Of a stretch of DNA of 32,000 nt, positions 8,459 to 17,720 are shown one piece after another. The notes beneath the pieces were generated by a model. The model worked only from the letters and a program-made list of their open reading frames with translations. It did no database searches and had not been told where the DNA came from. Position numbers and translations under genes: made by a program. The DNA comes from Candidatus Fokinia solitaria (GTDB lineage Bacteria; Pseudomonadota; Alphaproteobacteria; Rickettsiales; Midichloriaceae). The DNA lies in NCBI RefSeq assembly GCF_003072485.1, contig NZ_CP025989.1, positions 180,001 through 212,000 on the forward strand. The letters run 5' to 3'. Each line of letters opens with the position of its first letter. Position 1 is the stretch's first letter.

Positions 8459-9613
8459 CTAATCTAAAGCTTCTTCTTTCATTGCAGTTTTACTATCGGT
8501 GCTACTGTCCTTCCATGTACTCAAGAAAACTTTTACATCTTTTCCAGTGATAATTTTATTATTATTTGCGAGAAGAGATTGTACAGCATCCATGTACATT
8601 TTAGTTTTGATAATATTTTTCGATGCAGCGTACTGCTTTTGCATTAACTCGAATCTTATTTTTTCGCCTAAAGCCGCTTTTATTGTTGATTCTTTATATC
8701 CAAGTGAATGTTGTTCTATTTCATCTGCATTTCCTTTTGCTCTATGAAGAGCATCGTTTCTATAAGCTTCAGCTTGGTTAATTAACTTTTGTTGATCTGC
8801 TTTTGCAGCTTGTACATCTCTATATGCATCACGCACTTCAGGTGCAACATAACTGTATAAAATACCTAGACTTACCACTTCAATACCACTTTCATAAGAG
8901 TTTAAAATATCCTGTAACATGTTATGCGTTTGTTGCTCTATATAACTTCTCCGTTCAGATAGTGCATCATAAAGGCTTACAACTCCTATCACTTGCCTCA
9001 TAGCGCTTTGTGCTGCTAGTTTTACAGTTTCATTCTCTTTTTCTGTTGTGTTTTTGATTTTGAAAATATAATTTACCGGATTTGATATCTTCCATTGCAC
9101 AAAAAAGCGCAAATCAACCACATTTTCATCTCCTGTTAGATGGTAACTTTCGCTTGGTAAGCTTTCGTTATTATCAGTATCAGATGTGGTATCAGTTCTT
9201 CTTAGTTTCATTATTGTCAGCATTGAGTCTCTGTCTTCCTCTGAACTGACGCTTTGAAATCCTATATGCTCTCTTCTTATTCTCGTAGTATTGACGACAT
9301 CCAATTGTTCTATTGGTGCAGGTATTTTCCAGTGTAAGCCAGGGCCGCTTATTCTATCATATTTTCCAAATCTCACTATTACTCCTATTTCGTTAGGTTC
9401 TATGAGATATAATCCGCTTCCTACAAAAATTATGATGAGGAGTAACGCAATTCCAAGCCAAAATCCGCGCATTCCAGTCAGATTTGGCGCATTCTTTTTG
9501 AAGGAATCGTATATCTCATCTAAGAAATTTTTTTGCGAAGACTTAAAATTTGACTTATTATTGTCACTCTTGTTGTCAGTCCACGGATTATCAAAGTTAA
9601 AAATTGCGAACAT
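8459..9613 (-). CDS. hflK: SPFH/band-7 protease modulator HflK
   Basis: 384-aa ORF with an N-terminal polar tail and one TM segment (FWLGIALLLIIIFVGSGLYLI). It also has GVIVRFGKY..GPGLHWKIPAPIEQ, LTGDENVVDLRFFVQWKI, and a C-terminal coiled region with AYRDVQAAKADQ. Confidence 0.75.
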   Translation of the reverse strand: MFAIFNFDNPWTDNKSDNNKSNFKSSQKNFLDEIYDSFKKNAPNLTGMRGFWLGIALLLIIIFVGSGLYLIEPNEIGVIVRFGKYDRISGPGLHWKIPAPIEQLDVVNTTRIRREHIGFQSVSSEEDRDSMLTIMKLRRTDTTSDTDNNESLPSESYHLTGDENVVDLRFFVQWKISNPVNYIFKIKNTTEKENETVKLAAQSAMRQVIGVVSLYDALSERRSYIEQQTHNMLQDILNSYESGIEVVSLGILYSYVAPEVRDAYRDVQAAKADQQKLINQAEAYRNDALHRAKGNADEIEQHSLGYKESTIKAALGEKIRFELMQKQYAASKNIIKTKMYMDAVQSLLANNNKIITGKDVKVFLSTWKDSSTDSKTAMKEEALD

Positions 9614-9741
9614 GCGTAGGTATAATTGAATTATTCAGAAGAATAGTATCAATACTGCATACGTGCAACTGTATCTTTAAAATAGTTGACATATCCGCTA
9701 ACAGTTGTACCATTCGTGGATTGATACATTCAATCGGTAAA

Positions 9742-10473
9742 ATGCTGAAATTAAGCAATCTGTGTAAGTTTTTTTCCGAAGAATTGGTACTTGATAATGT
9801 GACGCTTGAAGTAGAAAAAGGAACAATATGCGCTCTTATGGGCGCTAATGGTTCTGGTAAATCTACATTAATGAAATGTATTTCAGGTGAGTATGAGGTT
9901 AGCAGCGGAAAGATGTTATTTAGCGGGTGCGATGTTACGAAATCGAATACATTCAGAATGTTGAACACTAGTACCGTAACGCAGGATATTGCTAGTAGTT
10001 TAGTTGGTGAAATGACTGTGTTTGAAAACATCTTACTCGCTGTTGGTAAGAATCGAAGTGCAGGATTAAGATTTATTTCTCAAGATAAAGAGATGATATC
10101 TGATATCTTATCAGAAGTTGATATGGGGCTAGAAAAACGCATTTATGATAGAGTAGCAAATCTTTCTGGAGGACAAAAACAAGCGATAGCAACTGTTATG
10201 GCTATGATTAATATGCCTCCTTTGATATTGTTGGACGAGCATACAAGTGCACTTGATGTCAATACTCAGCAGAAAATACTCTCGTATACACTTTCGAAAA
10301 GTAAGAGAAATTCTTGTACAGTTATTATGATAACGCATAGCATTATGGAAGCGATGGAATATGGAGAACGCATTATTGTATTAAGCAAAGGAAAATTGAA
10401 GCACGATGTCTCGTTAAGTGAGAAAAGCTCTCTTACTTTTCATGAGTTGTCAGAGTTGTTGCGTGAGTACTGA
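9742..10473 (+). CDS. ABC transporter ATP-binding protein (uncharacterised ABC.X4 / COG1101-like type)
   Basis: Walker A GANGSGKST, signature LSGGQKQ, and Walker B ILLDEHTSALD (the DEHT variant typical of this family). I moved the start to ATG 9742 (MLKLSNL..) because the upstream 46 codons of the tracked ORF look non-coding and overlap the hflK start. Confidence 0.8.
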   Translation: MLKLSNLCKFFSEELVLDNVTLEVEKGTICALMGANGSGKSTLMKCISGEYEVSSGKMLFSGCDVTKSNTFRMLNTSTVTQDIASSLVGEMTVFENILLAVGKNRSAGLRFISQDKEMISDILSEVDMGLEKRIYDRVANLSGGQKQAIATVMAMINMPPLILLDEHTSALDVNTQQKILSYTLSKSKRNSCTVIMITHSIMEAMEYGERIIVLSKGKLKHDVSLSEKSSLTFHELSELLREY

Positions 10474-10475
10474 AA

Positions 10476-11336
10476 ATGACATATATGATTACCGATTTAT
10501 TAAGTGTAGGTTTCCTACAAAGTTTAATCTTAGCAGTAGTATCGATTGGACTTGCTATTCCGTTTAGATTCATGAAGATACCTGATATGACGGTAGAAGG
10601 TGCTTATTTGCTTGGTGGAGCGTTGTGCTGTTCTTTTATAAGAGCACATGTTAATGAGTATATCGCAATAGTTGGATGTTTTATCGGTGGTGGTATTGCA
10701 GGAATGTTAACATGTACGATGATATTAAAATTGCGAATTGCATCACTGCTTGCCGGTATTATTACTAGTACAATGCTTTACAGCATATCGTTGTATATTC
10801 TAGGAGCGCCGAATGTACCGCTATTTCACTATCATACATCTTTAATTGGTGGAGATTACTGTATGAAAATTGGAATTGTAGCATTTATTCTAATTGCAAT
10901 ATCTGTTGCTTTGATAGCTTTTTTATTTACTGAAAAAGGGCTTAGAATGCGCGCTACGGGCTATAATATAAAATTTGCTAAAAAATACGGAATACCAGTG
11001 TCGCAATATTATATTCTTGCACTATTTCTAGGTAATGGGTTAAGTAGCGTCGCAGGCGCTATCACCACGCAAATTCAGTTATATAGCGATATTGGAATGG
11101 GCTTCGGCATTTTAGTACATGCACTTGTGTCGTTAATGCTTGGAGAAGTGATAATAGGAGGTATAGGGATTGTTAGACAAATATTAGGACCAATAATCGG
11201 CGCAGTCGTATATCAACAAATACAAGGAGTGGCAATGTTAGTTGGAGTTGCGCCATCATGTTTGAAATTGTTGACGGCTTTAATTTTGATACTACTTATT
11301 GCAATAAAGAGAAAAGATAAACTACTTCAAGTATAA
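10476..11336 (+). CDS. ABC transporter permease (partner of the upstream ATPase, COG4120-like)
   Basis: 286-aa ORF, strongly hydrophobic with multiple TM segments. It starts 2 nt after the ATPase stop. No substrate-binding protein gene is adjacent. Confidence 0.7.
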   Translation: MTYMITDLLSVGFLQSLILAVVSIGLAIPFRFMKIPDMTVEGAYLLGGALCCSFIRAHVNEYIAIVGCFIGGGIAGMLTCTMILKLRIASLLAGIITSTMLYSISLYILGAPNVPLFHYHTSLIGGDYCMKIGIVAFILIAISVALIAFLFTEKGLRMRATGYNIKFAKKYGIPVSQYYILALFLGNGLSSVAGAITTQIQLYSDIGMGFGILVHALVSLMLGEVIIGGIGIVRQILGPIIGAVVYQQIQGVAMLVGVAPSCLKLLTALILILLIAIKRKDKLLQV

Positions 11337-11340
11337 TCGG

Positions 11341-12402
11341 TTACTGGTGAGCACTGAAAAGTGGTACCTCATTAAAGAGGCTTTTCTTGCATGATGCGTG
11401 TTTTATCAAAGTTTCTACGAAATTTAACACTCTGTCATACTGCCAAAGACACCATTCACTTGTGAAATGTGGTATCGCATATATATCAGAGATATATAGA
11501 TTTTCCTTTTCATCTATAAAAAAGCGAATTTGCGCAGTATCACAGAGTTTATACGTACGACATATGATTTGTACGCTGCGCTTTAGTTGTTCTAGAAGAT
11601 GTATTGAGAGGTTAGGCTGATACGATAGAACTTTATAGGGTACGTTATTATGAGAGTGAGTAATCCCACCTCTTATTTCAGATTCTACATAACTCATACT
11701 AATGATAGTAACTTCTGAATCTAAAATATGAAGTACTACATCAAGTTCTTCCCAGTGATGATATTTCTTCTCTAAACATAACTTATAATTTCCCGTGGTA
11801 ATGAAAGCTTTCAGTTTCTCGAACTCGTTATAATTATCAAAAGCGTAAAATTGCTGCGATATTTCACATTTCAATGATCTTGCGATGATGATACCTGCAC
11901 CGAGTAATGTATCGACATCTTCATATTTCGTCTCTTGATCAAGTATGACGTACTTTTTGCTTAGCACACCGAATGTACCCAATACTCTGTACATTATATC
12001 TCTGTTATAAAGTCCTAAAGTATCGCAGAGATTGTTTCCAATGTATTTCGTATTTGTGCACTCGATGATACTTTGTAGCATCATTGCGCCTTCATCATGC
12101 GGAGATATTAAGGAAAAAACTACTTCATATTTAAGAAAATGAGCGCCTGCAACGAACTTTAAGCCATCAGAAATGAATAACTGTACCTCTTGACAGTTCA
12201 ACATATTAATATCATTGAACTCCCTAAAAATGTTTAACTCAGAGTGATTGAGAAGATAGCATTTCTTAGAATGTGTAAGTGATACTATTGCAAAATTGAT
12301 GCCTCCTTTTTGCATGAGATTTGCAACGTTCTGTGCGGAAGCTATAGAAGTGTGATGATTAGAGTTAAAGCCTCCGCACAACAATAGTACGACACCTTGC
12401 AT
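11341..12402 (-). CDS. ddl: D-alanine--D-alanine ligase homolog (ATP-grasp), highly divergent
   Basis: 353-aa ORF. The N-terminal VLLLCGGFNSNHHTSIASAQNV aligns with [20 protein letters not shown] of DdlB. HDEGAMMLQSIIE aligns with GEDGTLQGMLE. The C-terminal IRFFIDEKENLYISDIYAIPHFTS aligns with [25 protein letters not shown]. Several catalytic positions appear substituted (see findings). Confidence 0.6.
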   Translation of the reverse strand: MQGVVLLLCGGFNSNHHTSIASAQNVANLMQKGGINFAIVSLTHSKKCYLLNHSELNIFREFNDINMLNCQEVQLFISDGLKFVAGAHFLKYEVVFSLISPHDEGAMMLQSIIECTNTKYIGNNLCDTLGLYNRDIMYRVLGTFGVLSKKYVILDQETKYEDVDTLLGAGIIIARSLKCEISQQFYAFDNYNEFEKLKAFITTGNYKLCLEKKYHHWEELDVVLHILDSEVTIISMSYVESEIRGGITHSHNNVPYKVLSYQPNLSIHLLEQLKRSVQIICRTYKLCDTAQIRFFIDEKENLYISDIYAIPHFTSEWCLWQYDRVLNFVETLIKHASCKKSLFNEVPLFSAHQ

Positions 12403-12666
12403 CCCACAAAATCACCTATAAAAAGAGTACAATAGTTACATACGTTAATCAAAACATTCGTGCAAGAACTTTCGAACATATGGCCTTGAGAAGAGTGCGT
12501 CACTGATATCACGATGTTATGGTATATCCACAATACGTTACGTCATTTTAGATATACTGCTTCATACTAATCATTAAATTAGAATTATGTTATTGTACAA
12601 TCATTACCATATTCATCAGTTGCAGATACATTGCATTATCTCGCTAAATACCATCAAAATCGGTAA

Positions 12667-13464
12667 TTACGCTAGTACTCGTATGCTACCGGTGCGTAAC
12701 TTTATCACTGTGCGTTTATGATTCTCCTCAACTTGTAGAAGCATTTCTCCCGCCATATTTATGCCGAGAAATTTCCCTATCTTCGTCGTGTTGTTATTAT
12801 TTCTCCATGTAACGTCTTTTCCTAGATATTCTGCTCTTTGCATCCATAATTTTTTTATTGGTGTAAATCCGTGTTCTTTCCACAGTTTATACATTTTCCT
12901 TAACTCGTATAGTATCCTTTTCTCAAGTTGAATTTTATTTACCTGTAGGCCTTCGTTTTCAATTGATGTGGCTTTATACGGCATATTGCATTGTTCGTGT
13001 AATTCAACAAGATTTGGAAAGTGCTTTATATTTATACCAATTCCAACAAGTAGAAACTGATTTCGATATATCTCGCATAATATGCCGCAGCACTTTTTAT
13101 AATTTAATAAAATATCGTTTACCCATTTATACGATAATCTTATATGTTCTAATGCGCATTCTTGCGCTATTGCTTCTCCTACGGAGATTGCACCAATATA
13201 AGAGAACTGCGGTATAGAGTCTGTACTCATACTCGGATCTAAGCGAAAAGCGACAGTCATGAACAAGTTACCGTTCTTTCCTATCCAGCTATTGCTTCCT
13301 GTGCCAATGCCATCAACTTGTGCATCTGCAATTACCACAAATTCACGCTCTACCTCGCTGAAAGCAATAAGCTTCCTTGCATACAGTTGCGTGCTATCTA
13401 CAGTTTTTAACCTAAATATCTGAAAATCCGCATCATACACTACATCGTCAATCTCGGTACTCAT
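12667..13464 (-). CDS. birA: biotin--protein ligase (BirA catalytic domain, no N-terminal repressor domain evident)
   Basis: 265-aa ORF. VVIADAQVDGIGTGSNSW..GNLFMTVAF aligns with VIAEYQQAGRGRRGRKW..ANLYLSMFW, and YKWVNDILLNYKKCCGILCE..VGIGINI aligns with VKWPNDLYLQDRKLAGILVE..IGAGINM of E. coli BirA. Confidence 0.7.
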   Translation of the reverse strand: MSTEIDDVVYDADFQIFRLKTVDSTQLYARKLIAFSEVEREFVVIADAQVDGIGTGSNSWIGKNGNLFMTVAFRLDPSMSTDSIPQFSYIGAISVGEAIAQECALEHIRLSYKWVNDILLNYKKCCGILCEIYRNQFLLVGIGINIKHFPNLVELHEQCNMPYKATSIENEGLQVNKIQLEKRILYELRKMYKLWKEHGFTPIKKLWMQRAEYLGKDVTWRNNNNTTKIGKFLGINMAGEMLLQVEENHKRTVIKLRTGSIRVLA

Positions 13465-13471
13465 ATATATG

Positions 13472-14329
13472 CTACTCCTTCAGTTGCATGCGTACGAATT
13501 TTGCTACTTTTACGTTTCCTTTTATATCTGACAGAACTTCAGAAATCTTCTTAGAGTTATCTACGATAAATTTCTGTTCTAGTAGTACTGATTCTTCATA
13601 CACTTTTTGCATTCTCCCTGCGACGATTTTTTGTATAATACTCTCAGGTTTTCCAGCTTTTTTAGCTTCTTCTTCTGCTGTAGCTTTCTCTTTTTCGATG
13701 AAATCGGTAGGTATTGATTGAATATCTACAGAGACAGGAGACGCAGCTGCTATATGCATTGCGATGTTTTTTCCAAGTGTTTCAATTGCTTCGCTTTTTA
13801 CATCAGAATCGATAGCAACGATGGAGCATATCGTACCGCAATCACTACCCATATTACCGTGAATATATTTGTATAATTTTCCTGAACTATTGGCAATAAA
13901 AGTCACTTTACTTACTACGATATTTTCTCTTAAAGAAGCTGCTAATTCTTCAAGAATGTTTCTTACTCCTACTCCGTTATAGGTATATCCAAGAATTGTA
14001 TCGATGTCGTCGCTAGGGGCATTATTAAGTACTATGTTTGCAATTTGAGAGGCGCCTTTTAGAAAAGCTTCGCTTCTCGCGACGAAATCAGTTTCACACT
14101 GTATCCTTGCTACTACCGCTTTCTTTCGATCTTCACTCATGCTAAGGCATACTACTCCTTCCTTTGTTGCTCTATCGGCGTTCTTTGATAGTATCGCAGC
14201 ACCGCTTTTCTTCAAAAACTCTGCCGCTTTGTTGAGATCGCCATTACATTCTTTTAGCGCTTTTTGACACTCAGAGATTGGCGCTTGAGTCATACCACGG
14301 AGAGTCTTGATTAGATCGTTTATATTCAT
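13472..14329 (-). CDS. tsf: translation elongation factor Ts
   Basis: 285-aa ORF. The N-terminal UBA-like IKTLRGMTQAPISECQKALKECNGDLNKAAEFLKKSG and the downstream EGVV..CETDFVARSE are typical of EF-Ts. Confidence 0.9.
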   Translation of the reverse strand: MNINDLIKTLRGMTQAPISECQKALKECNGDLNKAAEFLKKSGAAILSKNADRATKEGVVCLSMSEDRKKAVVARIQCETDFVARSEAFLKGASQIANIVLNNAPSDDIDTILGYTYNGVGVRNILEELAASLRENIVVSKVTFIANSSGKLYKYIHGNMGSDCGTICSIVAIDSDVKSEAIETLGKNIAMHIAAASPVSVDIQSIPTDFIEKEKATAEEEAKKAGKPESIIQKIVAGRMQKVYEESVLLEQKFIVDNSKKISEVLSDIKGNVKVAKFVRMQLKE

Positions 14330-14403
14330 ATGCGTTCTATTGACATGTCATAAGTATAGTTTAAGTATAGCACTAACTGCAAATAGTCAAGTATTCTTGA
14401 AAA

Positions 14404-15183
14404 GTGAGCAAGTATAGAAAGTTGTTTTTACCCGCGCAAGATTTCTCTTTGAATGAGAATATACAGCTATCAGATTTGGATTCTAATCATATCAAAAATG
14501 TTTTAAGACAGGAGATTGGTGACGAGATACTAGTGCTAAATGAGACTGGAGATAGATGGCTTGCTTGTATCGAGGAAATAAGAAAAAAAGTCATAATTCG
14601 GATAACTGAAAAGCTTGAAAATCATAGTATTGGCGCTGTATATGGTAGTACTCATATAATATTCTGCCCTATAAAATCGTATAATCTTCAGTTTTTTATC
14701 TCTAAAATTGTGGAATGCGAAGTGGAGAAAGTGACAATTATGTTATCAGAACGTACTGTTTGCAGAAAAATACCGGAAAAAAAGATACCTATTTATGTTA
14801 AAGGTGCGGTAGAGCAGTCTGATAATATTAAGATACCTATTGTAAGGATTTCAAATACTTTTGCCGAAGCTGTTAGCGAAGTGATATCTTCTGATGTGCT
14901 GGTAGTGTTATTACATACTCAGTTGTTGCAGTACCAACATGTTCATCAGTTTCAAAAATTTCAGCACTTGAATGAGTATGTAGTAGAAAATCATATAAAA
15001 GATGTCGTTTTTATCGTAGGAGCCGAAGGTGGATGGTCAGAAAATGAAATGCGTTCCTTTGCATCTTTAGCAAAGCAATCTCCTCATATTGGCGTATGGA
15101 AAGTTGGCAATAGTGTAATGAGAGCTGAAACAGCTTTCATGTCAGCGTTGTGTGCTTCCAACATACTTATGAAAAAATGGTAA
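14404..15183 (+). CDS. rsmE: 16S rRNA (uracil1498-N3)-methyltransferase RsmE family
   Basis: 259-aa ORF with a GTG start. The C-terminal IVGAEGGWSENE...VGNSVMRAETAFMSAL matches the RsmE GPEGG..LRxETA signature. Confidence 0.7.
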   Translation: MSKYRKLFLPAQDFSLNENIQLSDLDSNHIKNVLRQEIGDEILVLNETGDRWLACIEEIRKKVIIRITEKLENHSIGAVYGSTHIIFCPIKSYNLQFFISKIVECEVEKVTIMLSERTVCRKIPEKKIPIYVKGAVEQSDNIKIPIVRISNTFAEAVSEVISSDVLVVLLHTQLLQYQHVHQFQKFQHLNEYVVENHIKDVVFIVGAEGGWSENEMRSFASLAKQSPHIGVWKVGNSVMRAETAFMSALCASNILMKKW

Positions 15184-15258
15184 AATTAGTTCGAATGCGT
15201 AATGACTTTAATTACGTCATTTTATAGAATTCAGTCATAATTTTTGAATTGCTGAATT

Positions 15259-15750
15259 ATGGTAAGGACTGCAGTATACCCTGGTACATTTGATCCATTT
15301 ACAAACGGGCATCTCGGTGTCTTGTTACGTGCCGTTAAACTTTTTGATAAGATAATAGTAGCAGTAGCATCGGATACTGAGAAAAGATTGCTTTTTTCAG
15401 TGGAAAAAAGAGTATCTATGGTCAAAAGTACGATTGCGCCGTATCGTGAGATAAATGTCGAAGTCTTACCTTTGCCGCCAAAAGTTTTGGTAAATTTCGC
15501 TTATGAGCATGACGTTATCGCGATTGTACGCGGAGTTAGATCTTCGATTGATTTGGAGTATGAGTTTAAGATGGCGCATGTGAATAGCGTTTTAAATAAA
15601 GACATCATTACTGTATTCTTACCCTCTGCGAGTGACTCAAACTTCGTTTCGTCTTCCGCTGTCAAGGAAATTGCGAGGTTTAATGGAGAATTAAAGCCCT
15701 TCGTTTCAAAGGAAGTTGAAGACGAATTGAGAAAAGCTTATCAAAAATAA
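15259..15750 (+). CDS. coaD: phosphopantetheine adenylyltransferase
   Basis: 163-aa ORF. AVYPGTFDPFTNGHLGV (T/HxGH nucleotidyltransferase motif), VRGVRS..DLEYE and SSSAVKEI are typical of CoaD. Confidence 0.9.
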   Translation: MVRTAVYPGTFDPFTNGHLGVLLRAVKLFDKIIVAVASDTEKRLLFSVEKRVSMVKSTIAPYREINVEVLPLPPKVLVNFAYEHDVIAIVRGVRSSIDLEYEFKMAHVNSVLNKDIITVFLPSASDSNFVSSSAVKEIARFNGELKPFVSKEVEDELRKAYQK

Positions 15751-15769
15751 AATTAAGTTTTTACAGATT

Positions 15770-16825
15770 ATGCAAGAGTTTCTAGAGCTATTATCCGAAG
15801 CACTATCAAATTTTAGAGAAGAAATATGCCGTGTTACGACAACGGAGGAGGTAGAAGGTATAAGAGTGAAGTATTTAGGTAGAAGTGGCGCTATTTCAAG
15901 CATTGCATCTTCAATTGCGAAAGTGCGCGATCAGGACAGAAAGCAATTCGGACAGGCAGTTAATACTGCTATCAAAGAGGTAAATGATGCCATTTTAGAG
16001 CTGAAAAATCGTTTGAAGGTTTTGGAAGCAGATGTAAAAATGAAGAAAGAAGAAATAGATGTGACAATTCCTGGTAGATTAAGCGGTAATTATATAGGTA
16101 GCGAGCATATAGTATCTTCCACAATACAAAATGTGACGGAGATATTTAAAATTTTAGGATATGGCATGTTAGAAGGTACAGAAGTAGAAAATGATTGGTA
16201 TAATTTTACTGCGCTTAATATGCCAGAAGGACATCCTGCGCGAAATATGCATGATACTTTCTATGTATCACATTCAACTAATGGACTTTTATTACGTACT
16301 CACACTACTACTACTCAAATTAGATACTTAAGTGATGAAAAGACTTTACCTTGCAAGAAAGCTTCAATTGGTAAAGTCTATCGTTCTGATTACGATGCAA
16401 CTCACACACCGATGTTTCATCAATATGAGTGCTTCAATGTACAGTGTGAAAATGTAAGCGTTGTAGATATGATACGATTTGTAAAAGCATTTTTATCAAT
16501 GTTTTTTCAGACTTCTGATCTTCCAATTAGATTTCGCTCATCTTACTTTCCGTTCACAGAGCCGTCTTTTGAGGTAGATCTAAAATGCTTTATAGATCAG
16601 GATAGCGGATCTATTCAGTATCACAAAGAAGGTAATAAATGGATAGAGCTTTTAGGCTGTGGCTTGATACATAGAAATGTACTTACTGCATGTCAGATCG
16701 ATTCGAAAAAAGTTCGCGGCTTTGCGCTAGGAGGCGGTATAGAAAGGCTTGCGATGCTAAAGCATCAAATTTGCGATATAAGACAGTTCTTCAATTCTGA
16801 TTATAGGTGGCTTACAGGGTTATAG
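15770..16825 (+). CDS. pheS: phenylalanine--tRNA ligase alpha subunit
   Basis: 351-aa ORF. GHPARNMHDTFY, LLRTHTTTTQIRY, YFPFTEPSFEVD and GFALGGGIERLAML are class II PheS motifs. Confidence 0.92.
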   Translation: MQEFLELLSEALSNFREEICRVTTTEEVEGIRVKYLGRSGAISSIASSIAKVRDQDRKQFGQAVNTAIKEVNDAILELKNRLKVLEADVKMKKEEIDVTIPGRLSGNYIGSEHIVSSTIQNVTEIFKILGYGMLEGTEVENDWYNFTALNMPEGHPARNMHDTFYVSHSTNGLLLRTHTTTTQIRYLSDEKTLPCKKASIGKVYRSDYDATHTPMFHQYECFNVQCENVSVVDMIRFVKAFLSMFFQTSDLPIRFRSSYFPFTEPSFEVDLKCFIDQDSGSIQYHKEGNKWIELLGCGLIHRNVLTACQIDSKKVRGFALGGGIERLAMLKHQICDIRQFFNSDYRWLTGL

Positions 16826-16836
16826 TAACGTTAGCG

Positions 16837-17520
16837 CTAAATTCTACTATCTCCGAAGTTTCTTTTCCTTGTTCTGTAGTACAGAATTGCTTCTTCTAGT
16901 TCTTTACTACTGAAATCCGGCCATAACGTATCTGTAAAATACAGTTCAGAGAAAGTTGAAAGCCATGTCATGAAACCGCTTAGTCTTTTATCTCCTCCAG
17001 TGCGGATCATTAGATCCATTTCGGGGATGTTATGCGGATTGATATATTTATTCAAATCTTCCATTACGAGATTATCATCTCGATGCTTTGCTAGTAATGT
17101 TTTTACACCATTGTAGATTTCATGTTTGCCATCGTAGTTTAATGCGATATATAGTCGCATGCTTCCTTCATTTCTAGTTTTCTCCGCTAAAGCAATCTTA
17201 CTTTTGATAGAATCGCTTAAGCTGCTAATTTCTCCTATAAAGGTGATTTTCACTGTTAAACATACGTCTAGAAGGTTATCGATAAATTGTTCGCCTATAC
17301 TCATTATCAGATCTACGACGCTTTTATTACGTTTCCAATTATTTATGGAAAATGCAAAGAGAGTAAGATGCTTTATTTCGATTCTTATACATTCTTTGAT
17401 AGTGTTGATTGCGACTTCCGCTCCTCTCGAATATGAGTCTTTCAGATTGATGCAATTTCTCGTACTCCATCTGCCATTTCCGTCCATTATAATCCCTACG
17501 TGCTCAGGAATGCTGTTCAT
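16837..17520 (-). CDS. uppS: di-trans,poly-cis-undecaprenyl-diphosphate synthase
   Basis: HVGIIMDGNGRW and IRTGGDKRLSGFMTW motifs. I moved the start to ATG 17520 (MNSIPEHVGII..) because the longer tracked ORF (to 17583) runs into the tRNA-Leu gene. Confidence 0.85.
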   Translation of the reverse strand: MNSIPEHVGIIMDGNGRWSTRNCINLKDSYSRGAEVAINTIKECIRIEIKHLTLFAFSINNWKRNKSVVDLIMSIGEQFIDNLLDVCLTVKITFIGEISSLSDSIKSKIALAEKTRNEGSMRLYIALNYDGKHEIYNGVKTLLAKHRDDNLVMEDLNKYINPHNIPEMDLMIRTGGDKRLSGFMTWLSTFSELYFTDTLWPDFSSKELEEAILYYRTRKRNFGDSRI

Positions 17521-17553
17521 ATTATCGTGAGAAAAATGCTTGCATGGAGTAAG

Positions 17554-17640
17554 TGGTGCGATCGAAAAGACTCGAACTTTCAATTCCTTGCGGAAACAAC
17601 GACCTCAACGTTGCGTGTCTACCAATTCCACCACGATCGC
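17554..17640 (-). tRNA. tRNA-Leu (anticodon GAG), class II with long variable arm, CCA encoded
   Basis: The reverse complement is GCGATCGTGGTGGAATTGGTAGACACGCAACGTTGAGGTCGTTGTTTCCGCAAGGAATTGAAAGTTCGAGTCTTTTCGATCGCACCA. I folded it by hand. The acceptor stem is 7 bp (GCGATCG/CGATCGC). The D stem is GTG/CAC with a GG loop. The anticodon stem is CAACG/CGTTG with loop TTGAGGT. The variable arm is TTCC-GCAA-GGAA, the T loop is TTCGAGT, and the discriminator is A. Confidence 0.93.
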
Positions 17641-17720
17641 ATTATCTCAGATACTAACCATAAGACTTCAATTCTTCAACTATGATTTTAGCATGCAATC
17701 TCTCATTGTGAGTTATGACT

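Noticed and set aside
9597-10031. A 144-aa ORF on the - strand, and the 46-codon N-terminal extension of the ABC ATPase ORF (9604-9741).
   Set aside because: The - strand ORF is antisense to a well-supported ABC ATPase and has no motifs. The extension precedes the conserved ATPase N-terminus (MLKLSNL..) and overlaps the hflK start region.
17521-17583. A longer uppS ORF starting at 17583.
   Set aside because: It would overlap 30 nt of the tRNA-Leu gene on the same strand. The conserved UppS N-terminus begins just after the internal Met at 17520.
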